Notes: generated by a model from the letters alone, not told the origin. A stretch of 32,000 nt of DNA from Deinococcus radiodurans R1 = ATCC 13939 = DSM 20539 (GCF_000008565.1 NC_001264.1:127418-159417); one strand, 5' to 3'. Positions 1-7,564 are shown, counted from the stretch's first letter. Translations and numbers: made by a program.

Positions 1-797
1 ATGTACGGCACGGGCGTCTCCAGCACCCGCCCCAACACCGAGAGTTCGTGCGCGTAGTCGTGAACCAGCAGCACCGCCGCGCTGCGCTCGTCGAGCGGCG
101 GCAGCTCGAGTTCCTGACCGTTCTCCACCGGGTAAAAGGTATGCACGTCCGGCCAGCGCTCGGGGGTCAGCCGCTCGGGGTGGTCGTCGGTAAGGGCCAC
201 CCGCATCCCCACCGTGCGGGCAAGGCGGGCGAGTGGGCGGGCCACCGGGCCGGAGCCCACGATGAGCAGCCGGAAGGGGGCCGGCCACACTTCGCGCAGT
301 TGCTCGTCCTCGCCGCTGCCGACGCGCTCGACCCGCTGCTCGCCGGCGCCTTCCGGCAAGGGGGCCAGCACGGTCGGCCCGGGTCGGCCCAGCGGTGTCA
401 GCAGCAGCATCCCCTCACCTGCCTCGCGCCGCCGGGCGGCGGCCTGCCACACGGGGTCGGCGGGCGACATCGGCCAGAGCAGCACCTCGGCCTGCCCGGC
501 GCAGGTCATGCCGAACTCGTAGGCCTCGTCGCTGCCGAGGTCTACCCGGACGCGCTGGCTCCGGCGCTCCCGCCGCACGTCCTCGGCCACCTGCCGCAGC
601 TTGCCGTCGGCGCAGCCGCCCAGCGTGACCGAGCCGCGAATCTCGCCGCCGGGCAAAAACCATGCCCGCCGCCCCAGCGCCTTGCCTGAGCCGCTCGCGT
701 CGATCAGGGTCGCCAGCACCAGTTCGCCTGCTCGGTCCGCACCTTCGGCACTCAGCGCGGCGCAGGTGTACAGAAAATCGTCGAGTGTTTCGTCCAT
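1..797 (-). CDS. XdhC/CoxI-family maturation factor (first ~265 codons; 3' end lies beyond the left edge)
   Basis: Absent from the track because there is no stop in the window. Reverse-strand ATG at 797-795 follows GGGGAG. My translation reads MDETLDDFLYTCAALSAEGADRAGELVLATLIDASGSGKALGRRAWFLPGGEIRGSVTLGGCADGKL, and later FRLLIVGSGPVARPLARLARTVGMRVALTDD. That matches an XdhC N-domain plus a Rossmann-like GxGxxA domain. Confidence 0.7.
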   Translation of the reverse strand, partial: MDETLDDFLYTCAALSAEGADRAGELVLATLIDASGSGKALGRRAWFLPGGEIRGSVTLGGCADGKLRQVAEDVRRERRSQRVRVDLGSDEAYEFGMTCAGQAEVLLWPMSPADPVWQAAARRREAGEGMLLLTPLGRPGPTVLAPLPEGAGEQRVERVGSGEDEQLREVWPAPFRLLIVGSGPVARPLARLARTVGMRVALTDDHPERLTPERWPDVHTFYPVENGQELELPPLDERSAAVLLVHDYAHELSVLGRVLETPVPY

Positions 798-872
798 ATC
801 CTTGACTCCCCTGGTGCCCTCATCTTCCGCAGTTCGGCCTGCTGCAAAAGCGAGCCAGGCACCGTCCGGCGC

Positions 873-1469
873 TCAGCCCGCCGCGCCCTCGCGCTCGAAG
901 AGGTCGAGCCGGTAGCCCTGCGTCTCATCGCCGTGGCGCTCGCCGTGCAGGTGCCGCAGGCCGTGGCCCACGCGCCGCAGCGCCGCCTCATGCACCGCGT
1001 CGCCGGTCTGGGGATAGTCGTGGACGGTGGGCGTCCAGTGAACCAGCAGCAGCGTGCCGCCGGGAGACAGCCGCGCCAGCACGGCGTCCAGCGCCCGCTC
1101 CAGGTGGGCGGGGGAGAGGTAATACAGCACCTCCGAGAGCAGCACCAGGTCGAAGGGCCCGGCGGGCAGGTCGTCCGGCAGCCCCCGGCGCTCGAAGTGC
1201 ACCTGCGGCAGCCCGGCGCAGCGCTGGCGGGCGCGGGCAAGCGCCTTGTCGTTGACATCCGTCGCCACCAGTTCGCGTGTTCGGGGCGCGAGCTGCGCCG
1301 TCAGCACGCCGATGGAGCAGCCGACTTCGAGCGCCCGCGCGTACTCGGGCCGGGGCAACGCAGCGAGGGTGCGGGCGTACTTGGCCGCCTCGTAAGGACT
1401 CGTCTCGAACTCCCAGGGGTCGTCGCTGGCGCCGTAGACATCGTCGAAATAGCTGGGGGGCAGGGTCAT
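873..1469 (-). CDS. class I SAM-dependent methyltransferase, NodS-like (small-molecule type)
   Basis: 198-aa track ORF. Motif I is ALEVGCSIGVLT, followed by the acidic loop ELVATDVN, then FDLVLLSEVLYYL and TLLLVHW. No DNA-methyltransferase DPPY/NPPY or PCQ motifs. Confidence 0.8.
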   Translation of the reverse strand: MTLPPSYFDDVYGASDDPWEFETSPYEAAKYARTLAALPRPEYARALEVGCSIGVLTAQLAPRTRELVATDVNDKALARARQRCAGLPQVHFERRGLPDDLPAGPFDLVLLSEVLYYLSPAHLERALDAVLARLSPGGTLLLVHWTPTVHDYPQTGDAVHEAALRRVGHGLRHLHGERHGDETQGYRLDLFEREGAAG

Positions 1470-1496
1470 AGCTAGGTGTTAGCGCATGCGGGCGAC

Positions 1497-1545
1497 TGAG
1501 ACAAATAGGGATGCTTGGGACAAATAAAGCTGGTTGGGACAAAGC
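1497..1545. promoter_or_regulatory. three direct repeats TG(A/G)GACAAA spaced exactly 19 bp, in the divergent intergenic region
   Basis: TGAGACAAATA starts at 1497, TGGGACAAATA at 1516 and TGGGACAAAGC at 1535. They lie between the methyltransferase start (1469) and the likely helicase start (1609). Confidence 0.4.
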
Positions 1546-1608
1546 GCCGACGCTCAGCCCCACCCGACAGGTGATGCAGAGACGGTCTCCATCCTGAATA
1601 CTGACAAG

Positions 1609-4221
1609 ATGACCAGAGTCCACCGGCGTGGTTTCGTCACCTATCCTTTGCCCGAAGCGCGGCTGTATCCCTCACACAAGGTGCCCGCCGCGCATCAGGA
1701 AGACGCCCTGAAGTCGCTGCGGCGGTGGTCGAGTGCTCAGCGGCAGGTCAGCGGCGGCATTCTGGTCCTGCCCACCGGCGGGGGCAAGACCTTCACGGCC
1801 ACCCGCTTTCTCACTGAGGGGCCGCTGTCCAGGGGTCACAAGGTCATCTGGCTGGCCCACACCCACCACCTGCTCGATCAGGCGTTCGGGGGCTTCGGGC
1901 CGGACGCGGCGGGGCGCTACGAAATCGGTCACGTGGGCGGTGAGCAGCAGCGGCTCACCCTGCGGACCGTGTCGGGCACCCTCGGCCACGGCAAGGTCGC
2001 GGAAATCAAGCGCACCGACGACGTGCTCATCATCACGCTGCAAACCCTGGCCCGCGCCCTGAACGCCCGGGTCCACGCGGGCCTGCGCGGCTTTCTGGAC
2101 GAGGCCCGCCAGACTGGGCTAACCGTCGTGTTCGACGAGTGCCACCACGCGCCCGCCCCCACCTTTCGCAGGTTGATCGAGGGCCTGCGCGGCGCGGTGC
2201 CCGAGCTGCACCTGCTGGGGCTGACCGCCACGCCCACCTACACCGACGAGCGCCGACAGGGCCTGCTGAAAAAGCTCTTTCCTCAGGGCATCCTCTATCA
2301 GGTCAGCCCGCAGGAGCTGATGCTGGCGGGCATTCTCGCCCGGCCCATCGTCGAGGAACCCGCCACCCACATCAGCCCGGACTTTACTGAGCAGGAGTAC
2401 CGCGACTGGCAGGGCAGCTACCGCGACCTTCCCGAAAAGGTCATTGCCCACCTCGCCAGCAACCGCGCCCGCAACGCCCTGATTGCCGACACCTACGCCC
2501 AGAACCGCGAGCGCTACGGCCAGACCATCATCTTCGCCGACCGCTGGTATCAATGCACGGCGCTGGTCGAGCTGCTGCGTCAGCGGGGCGTGCGTGCCGA
2601 CGCGATTTTCACCCACCGGGACGCCGACCCCGGCACGGTGGACGTCCGCAACGCCCGCTCGGCAGACGAGAACGAGACGGTGCTGGCCCAGTTCAAACGC
2701 GGCGAACTCGACGTGCTGGTCAATATCCGCATGCTGACCGAGGGCACCGATGTGCCGGGCGCCCAGACGGTGTTTCTGACCCGGCAGACCACCAGCCGCA
2801 TCCTGCTGACCCAGATGGTCGGGCGGGCGCTGCGGGGCCCGAAATTCGGCGGGACTGAGGAGGCCTACGTGGTGTCCTTTATCGACGACTGGAAGCAGCA
2901 CATCAACTGGGCGCGCTGGGACGACCTGCTCAGTCAGGAGGTGGACGACCAGACCCGCGAGGCGGCGCCAAGGTTGCCCGTCGAACTCGTCAGCATCGAC
3001 CTCATCGCCCACCTCGCCCGCGAACTCGACCCGCAGGACCTGGTGGAGGTGCCCTTCCTGACCCTGCTGCCGCTCGGCTGGTACGTCGTGAGCTACGACG
3101 CCGCCGTCCAGCCCAGGGTAGAGGCCACCCCGGAAGACGAAAACGCCGAGCAGGCCGAACCGGGCGACGATATCGAGACGGTGCGCCAGCTCATTCCGGT
3201 CTACAGCCAGGACCAGGCGAGCTACCTGCGGATGTTTCAGGAACTCGACCAGGTGCGGCTCGACGACTTCGGAGAGGTTGAACTCGGCGAGGCCGCCCAG
3301 CAAAACGTGCGGGGCTGGGTGCAGGCGTATTTCGCGGCGGGCGAACGGCTGACCCGCCTGCAAGACGACGTGCAGTCGGTGGTGCGTCACCGCGCCATCA
3401 ACGGGAGCTGGCCGGCCTTCACCCCCTTCGAGGCCCGTAAAAACCACGACATTGACGCCCTGGCGCAACGCCTCGCCTTCGACGAACAGTTGTCGCGGGT
3501 GGCGGAAAACGCGGCCTTGCGCCAGGAATTCAGCGATGAGGGCCGACTCTGGGGAACGCTGTACCGCAACTACGACCAGTTCAAGCGCCAGTACGACGCC
3601 AGCGTGAATCGCCTGCTGTACCTGCGCGAAAACCCCGAACTCGTGCCGGTGCTCGGTGACGGAGAGGACGACTTTCAGCCCGCCGAGGTGTCGGCTGAGG
3701 TCAAGAAAGCCATTCGCAAGCGTGACCGCGTGTGCCTGTGCTGCGGCAAGCGGACCCAGTTGCAGGTGGATCACATTCAGTCGCGCTATGCGGGCGGCAC
3801 GCACGACCTCGACAACCTGCAACTGCTGTGCCAGGTCTGTAACAACCTCAAGGGCACCCGCGAAATGAACTTCCGGCAGCACGTTTCGCCGCTCACTTCG
3901 GGCGCGCAGGTGCAGGTTAACGCCGACCTGCTGTTCCGGCGCACCGCCGTTCGGGCCGAAGACAATCTGTTTACCCTGCTGTGCCGCAACGTCAATATGG
4001 GCCTGGAATGCCACGCCGTGGCAGACGTGCGTTATGTCGCAGCGACCAAGCGGCGCCCAGCCCACTGTGAAATCGCGTTGTATGAGGGCAACGACCCGGC
4101 CTGGGTCCAGCCCCTGCTCGACCGGGCGTTTACCCTCTGGAAGCGCGACAACCCGAACTTCGCGCAGACGTTCGCCGATTCGGCGCAGATTGTCGGTGTC
4201 CGGCCTTTACCGGAAAAGTAA
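1609..4221 (+). CDS. SF2 (ResIII/DEAH-like) helicase fused to a C-terminal HNH nuclease
   Basis: The track ORF opens at TTG 1534; the only in-frame ATG is at 1609. Helicase motifs: I LPTGGGKTF (1771-), II DECHH (2134-2148), III LTATP, V TEGTDVPG, VI QMVGRALRG (2812-2838). HNH: CLCCG..VDHIQS..NLQLLCQVCNNLKG (about 3730-3860) with two Cys pairs. Confidence 0.9.
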   Translation: MTRVHRRGFVTYPLPEARLYPSHKVPAAHQEDALKSLRRWSSAQRQVSGGILVLPTGGGKTFTATRFLTEGPLSRGHKVIWLAHTHHLLDQAFGGFGPDAAGRYEIGHVGGEQQRLTLRTVSGTLGHGKVAEIKRTDDVLIITLQTLARALNARVHAGLRGFLDEARQTGLTVVFDECHHAPAPTFRRLIEGLRGAVPELHLLGLTATPTYTDERRQGLLKKLFPQGILYQVSPQELMLAGILARPIVEEPATHISPDFTEQEYRDWQGSYRDLPEKVIAHLASNRARNALIADTYAQNRERYGQTIIFADRWYQCTALVELLRQRGVRADAIFTHRDADPGTVDVRNARSADENETVLAQFKRGELDVLVNIRMLTEGTDVPGAQTVFLTRQTTSRILLTQMVGRALRGPKFGGTEEAYVVSFIDDWKQHINWARWDDLLSQEVDDQTREAAPRLPVELVSIDLIAHLARELDPQDLVEVPFLTLLPLGWYVVSYDAAVQPRVEATPEDENAEQAEPGDDIETVRQLIPVYSQDQASYLRMFQELDQVRLDDFGEVELGEAAQQNVRGWVQAYFAAGERLTRLQDDVQSVVRHRAINGSWPAFTPFEARKNHDIDALAQRLAFDEQLSRVAENAALRQEFSDEGRLWGTLYRNYDQFKRQYDASVNRLLYLRENPELVPVLGDGEDDFQPAEVSAEVKKAIRKRDRVCLCCGKRTQLQVDHIQSRYAGGTHDLDNLQLLCQVCNNLKGTREMNFRQHVSPLTSGAQVQVNADLLFRRTAVRAEDNLFTLLCRNVNMGLECHAVADVRYVAATKRRPAHCEIALYEGNDPAWVQPLLDRAFTLWKRDNPNFAQTFADSAQIVGVRPLPEK

Positions 4222-4237
4222 GCTCTGTAGCGGCTGT

Positions 4238-4936
4238 TCAGGACGCCCCGCCGTCAAACCGCCGGAAATACCGCTCGGGCCCCGCCAGCGCCCGCGCCAC
4301 CATCTCCGGCGCAAGGACGAAGCCGTCCGGGTCGTCGGCAATCAGCCCCAGTTGTGTGCGGTGCGAGGCAATGGCGCGGGCTTTGGCATCTCGCCAGTCG
4401 CCTACCGCGAAGGTCAATTCCTCGACCTCGTCGGGGCGCGGCCAGTCGGCGTCGGCCCCGCGCTCGGGCAACCAGACGGCATATTCCAGGGCCAGGGTGT
4501 CGGAAGGAAGAACGCCGCGCAGCAGGTGCCAGGCGGCGCGGTGGTCAGGGTGCGGGTCGCGTTCCCAGGGCAGCAACACGGTGCCGGGCCGGGCCTGCGC
4601 GAATGCTTGCCGCACCTGGGCGCGGGCGGCAGCGGTGAGGTGCTCCCCCAGCGCCCCGTCAGGCAGCCCCAGCGCGACAGTTCGGGCCGGGGGCACACCC
4701 AGCACGCTCAGGCCCTCGCGCCACTCTGCCAGCCGCACAGCGCTCAGGCGGGGCCGGGGGTAAGCCTTTGAAGCGGGGTGGGAAAAGCCGCCGTCGGTCA
4801 GGAGGAGCGCCCAGACCTCGCGCCCCGCCTCCGCAAGTGCCGCCAGCAGTGCCCCGCAGCCGAGCGCCTCGTCGTCGGGGTGCGGGGCCACCACCCACAG
4901 CGGGCCGGACAGCGCGAGCGGGTCGAGAGGCGTCAT
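4238..4936 (-). CDS. PIG-L/LmbE-family N-acetylglucosaminyl deacetylase
   Basis: 232-aa ORF with the family signature VVAPHPDDEALGCG near the N-terminus, plus downstream HPDH. Its stop is 16 nt from the convergent helicase stop. Confidence 0.85.
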   Translation of the reverse strand: MTPLDPLALSGPLWVVAPHPDDEALGCGALLAALAEAGREVWALLLTDGGFSHPASKAYPRPRLSAVRLAEWREGLSVLGVPPARTVALGLPDGALGEHLTAAARAQVRQAFAQARPGTVLLPWERDPHPDHRAAWHLLRGVLPSDTLALEYAVWLPERGADADWPRPDEVEELTFAVGDWRDAKARAIASHRTQLGLIADDPDGFVLAPEMVARALAGPERYFRRFDGGAS

Positions 4937-4972
4937 CTCACTCCCAGTCCCACAGCTCGCTGTCCTCGGTGC

Positions 4973-5965
4973 TCAGCACGAAGCGGCCCAGGTCGAGGCG
5001 CGCCGCGTCGGGCGCAGGTGGCGCAGGTAAAGCCGCAGGTCGCGCAGCAGCCGCTCGGTGGGCGCGGGCGGCAGCAGGCCACGCGCCCCCACCGCCCGCT
5101 CCGCCGCCTCGCAGGCGAGCAGGCAGGCGTCCTCGGTCAGCACACGGGCGATGGAGACGTAAGCGAGGGAGCGTTCCAGGTCGCTGCCTTGCGCCGTGTC
5201 AAGCTGCCGCTGTGCCCGCAACACCGTCTGCCACGCGCCTTCCAGTCGGGCCGCGACCTCGGCGAAACGCAGGCGCTGCACGTCGTCGTGCTGCCGCCCC
5301 AGCCGCTGCAAGGTGGCCCGCGCCGCGTCCAGCACCGCGTCCGCCCCGCCGAGCTGCGCGGCGAGAAACCGCAGGGCGCCGCCGCTGAAGTCCGGTTGCC
5401 GGTAGTAGTCGCCCGGCTGACCAATGATGTCTTTCACGCCTACACGCAGCCCCCCGAGGTCCACCCGCTCGCTGACCGTTGCCCGCATCCCGGCAGGCTG
5501 CCAGAAAGACGGGTCGAAGCGCTCCGGCGCGGGCGCCCCCGGCAGCAGCACCATCACCCGGCCCGCGTCTGTCTCGGCGGGGCACAGTGCGCGGGTCACG
5601 TGCCCGGCGCCTGACGCGAAGGTCTTGTGGCCGCTCAGCACACCGCCGCTGCCTTCCGAATTGTGAGGCAGCCGCACCCCCGGCGCTTCCTCGGTGTTCC
5701 AGACGCCGAAGAGTTCCCCGGCCTGCGCGTCTGAGGCGGCCCGTTGCCGCTGCTCAGGCGTGCCGAAGCGCAGCACGAGGTCGAGGGCGTTGACGTGCCC
5801 CTCGTATAGCCGCGCAACCGGCAGGCTCAGCCGCCCCAGCCGCCGCAGCAGGGGCACACGGTCATGGGTGCCTAGCCCACCGCCGCCGAGGGCCGCAGGC
5901 AAAGTAGCCACCAGCAGACCAGCTTCCTGCAAAGCCGCAAACGCCGCCACTGGGAAAGCCCGCAC
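4973..5965 (-). CDS. acyl-CoA dehydrogenase-family protein, apparently frameshifted at both ends as sequenced
   Basis: The 330-aa ORF starts at GTG and reads FPVAAFAALQEAGLLVATLPAALGGGGLG...GHKTFASGAG...RDLRLYLR. It is about 50 aa shorter than the usual ~380 aa. N- and C-terminal continuations are visible in other frames (see findings). Confidence 0.7.
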   Translation of the reverse strand: MRAFPVAAFAALQEAGLLVATLPAALGGGGLGTHDRVPLLRRLGRLSLPVARLYEGHVNALDLVLRFGTPEQRQRAASDAQAGELFGVWNTEEAPGVRLPHNSEGSGGVLSGHKTFASGAGHVTRALCPAETDAGRVMVLLPGAPAPERFDPSFWQPAGMRATVSERVDLGGLRVGVKDIIGQPGDYYRQPDFSGGALRFLAAQLGGADAVLDAARATLQRLGRQHDDVQRLRFAEVAARLEGAWQTVLRAQRQLDTAQGSDLERSLAYVSIARVLTEDACLLACEAAERAVGARGLLPPAPTERLLRDLRLYLRHLRPTRRASTWAASC

Positions 5966-7275
5966 GGCGTCAGCTGCGGAGCTTCGGCCTGCACCACTGG
6001 CGCCAGAGCGTCGAGCCGGGCCAGTGCCTCGGCCAGCGTGCGCGGCGGTGTGGGGAAAGCCGCCTGCGTCTCAGCCACAGTCGCTTCGGCGCGGCCCCAG
6101 TCCCACGTTTGAGCCTGCCGCAGCGCTTCCCATAACACGGGGTCGGCGGGCCGCTCGCCCTGCGCGTCGGGGTAGTCCCACAGCCCGTTGTGGCAGTGGC
6201 GGTCGTCGTCCCAGCCGGGGTGGTTGACGATGGGATAGAGGCACACCCCCTCCACCGGCACCCCGTCGCGGCGGGCATCAAGCGCGGCCCCAGCCACGTA
6301 GCTCAGCCACTCGCCGCGCTCGGCGTTCTCGGTGCCGGTCTCCGCGATCAGCAGGGGCCGCCCGTAGCGCTGCGCTGCGGCGCTCAGCAGCTCGGGTAGG
6401 GGCCGGTGTGCCGGATGGCCCGGCAACAGCGTTTCGCGCGGTTCCTCGTTTTCGTGGTGGCGCCACTGGTTGTAGGGGTAATAATTGACGCCGATCACGT
6501 CCAAGTAGCGCTCATGGCCGCCGAGGTCGGGCCGCAGCCGCCCGCTCAGCATGTCGAGCGCCTCGAACTGCGCTTCGTGCAGCTCGCGGGCGCGCTTTTC
6601 CTGCCAGGGGCGCTCGGGGTGATGGTCCACCACGATCAGCGGCTCGGCGTGTACGAATCGCACCGCCGGGTCCATCTCCCGCGCCGCGTCCATGGCCGAG
6701 ATGGCCGCGCGCACGAGCTGCGCCTTGAGCTCCTCACCCCGGTCCCGGACAAAGGGGTTGAGGTAGCCCACCTCGCCCCCGCCCCACGCCAGAAAGGAAA
6801 TCTCGTTGACCGGGCACAGCCACAGCGTGCCGGGCGTCTCGGCCCGCAAAAACTGCGTGGCGGCGCGGGCAAAGCGGGCAAACACAGCCGGAAACTCTGG
6901 CGCGAAGAGGTCCACGAAATCGGGAAACCCGTAGTGCAGCAGGTCCCAGATGACGCTCACGCCCTGCTCGCGGGCCGCCCGGACCTGAGCACGGGCACTG
7001 GAAAAGTCGTATTCGCCGGGCGAGCGCTCGATCAGGTGCCAGCGCAGCCCGTCGCGGGCGCCCGCAATGCCCACCGCCCGCAGTCGGGCGTAGTCCTGCG
7101 CGGCGAAGTGGTCGTGCCGGGTGGCGTCAATCACGTCGATGCGGCGCCCCGAGGGCCGGCGGTGGCTGCTGCACTCGAAGCCGCCGAGAAAAAAGCTGGG
7201 AAAGAGCGGTGAGTCCGGCGCCGCCCCCCGGCCCTGGGCTGCCGACGCGGAAAGCTCCGGTGAAAAGGCACACAT
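5872..7275 (-). CDS. clan GH-A (GH1-like) TIM-barrel glycoside hydrolase-like protein
   Basis: 467-aa ORF with N-terminal FFLGGFECSS. Candidate acid/base Glu in LCPVNEISF and candidate nucleophile Glu in LLIAETGTEN. The last ~35 aa (Cys/Trp/Leu/Arg-rich) overlap the next gene and look out of frame. Confidence 0.7.
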   Translation of the reverse strand: MCAFSPELSASAAQGRGAAPDSPLFPSFFLGGFECSSHRRPSGRRIDVIDATRHDHFAAQDYARLRAVGIAGARDGLRWHLIERSPGEYDFSSARAQVRAAREQGVSVIWDLLHYGFPDFVDLFAPEFPAVFARFARAATQFLRAETPGTLWLCPVNEISFLAWGGGEVGYLNPFVRDRGEELKAQLVRAAISAMDAAREMDPAVRFVHAEPLIVVDHHPERPWQEKRARELHEAQFEALDMLSGRLRPDLGGHERYLDVIGVNYYPYNQWRHHENEEPRETLLPGHPAHRPLPELLSAAAQRYGRPLLIAETGTENAERGEWLSYVAGAALDARRDGVPVEGVCLYPIVNHPGWDDDRHCHNGLWDYPDAQGERPADPVLWEALRQAQTWDWGRAEATVAETQAAFPTPPRTLAEALARLDALAPVVQAEAPQLTPCGLSQWRRLRLCRKLVCWWLLCLRPSAAVG

Positions 7276-7328
7276 GCGCCCTACCCTGCCACGCGCCTGT
7301 CAGCCGTTCGGCATGCCAGTAGACAAAC

Positions 7329-7478
7329 TAGAGCATTTGACAAAAAGATGGCACAGCTTTTTGGCGAGCGGAGCGAGTACAAAATACCGAGCAGAACGGA
7401 CTTGCAAAGCTGCGAAGCAGAGAATGGAGCGGGTGGCGGTGCTGTTCCGACGCACGCGTAATTCGGAGAACTGCTCTA
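7329..7478. repeat. ~150-bp AT-richer intergenic element bounded by inverted termini TAGAGCA / TGCTCTA (small noncoding repeat-like)
   Basis: TAGAGCATTT at 7329- and its near-complement AACTGCTCTA ending at 7478. GC is visibly lower than in the flanks, and there is no credible ORF. Deinococcus genomes are known to carry small noncoding repeats, but the family cannot be assigned here. Confidence 0.35.
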
Positions 7479-7564
7479 AATGACGTGAGTGCCGCCTGAG
7501 CAGGCCACAGCACAAGCAAAAAAGAAGCCGAGCACGCGGCCCAGCCTCCTTCCTCACCTCGACT

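Noticed and set aside
48-689. 213-aa plus-strand ORF, and nested ORFs, at the left edge.
   Set aside because: The product is low-complexity and Arg/Gly/Pro-rich. The opposite strand encodes a convincing XdhC-family protein that the track misses only because it has no in-window stop.
2119-4065. 648-aa minus-strand ORF antisense to the helicase-HNH gene. Similar long shadow ORFs: 7901-10096(+), 10121-10831(-), 11278-11985(-), 12470-13291(+), 15970-16779(-), 18163-19449(-), 21205-22407(+), 24315-25565(+), 26091-27182(-), 27563-28768(+), 28702-29847(-) and 30397-31569(-).
   Set aside because: All are Arg/Gly/Ala/Pro/His-rich with no motifs. Each is fully overlapped by an opposite-strand ORF carrying textbook family signatures. 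Stop-free antisense frames are expected in high-GC DNA.
873-4221. The divergent methyltransferase plus helicase-HNH as a restriction-modification pair.
   Set aside because: The methyltransferase has NodS-like small-molecule features and lacks DNA-methyltransferase catalytic motifs (DPPY/NPPY or PCQ..ENV). It fits better with the PIG-L/ACAD gene string.
1470-4237. Possible target-site duplication flanking the helicase-HNH gene (AGCTAGGTGTTAGCG at 1470 versus AGCTCTGTAGCGG at 4221).
   Set aside because: Similarity needs gaps and covers only about 10 matching bases. That is too weak to distinguish from chance in this composition.
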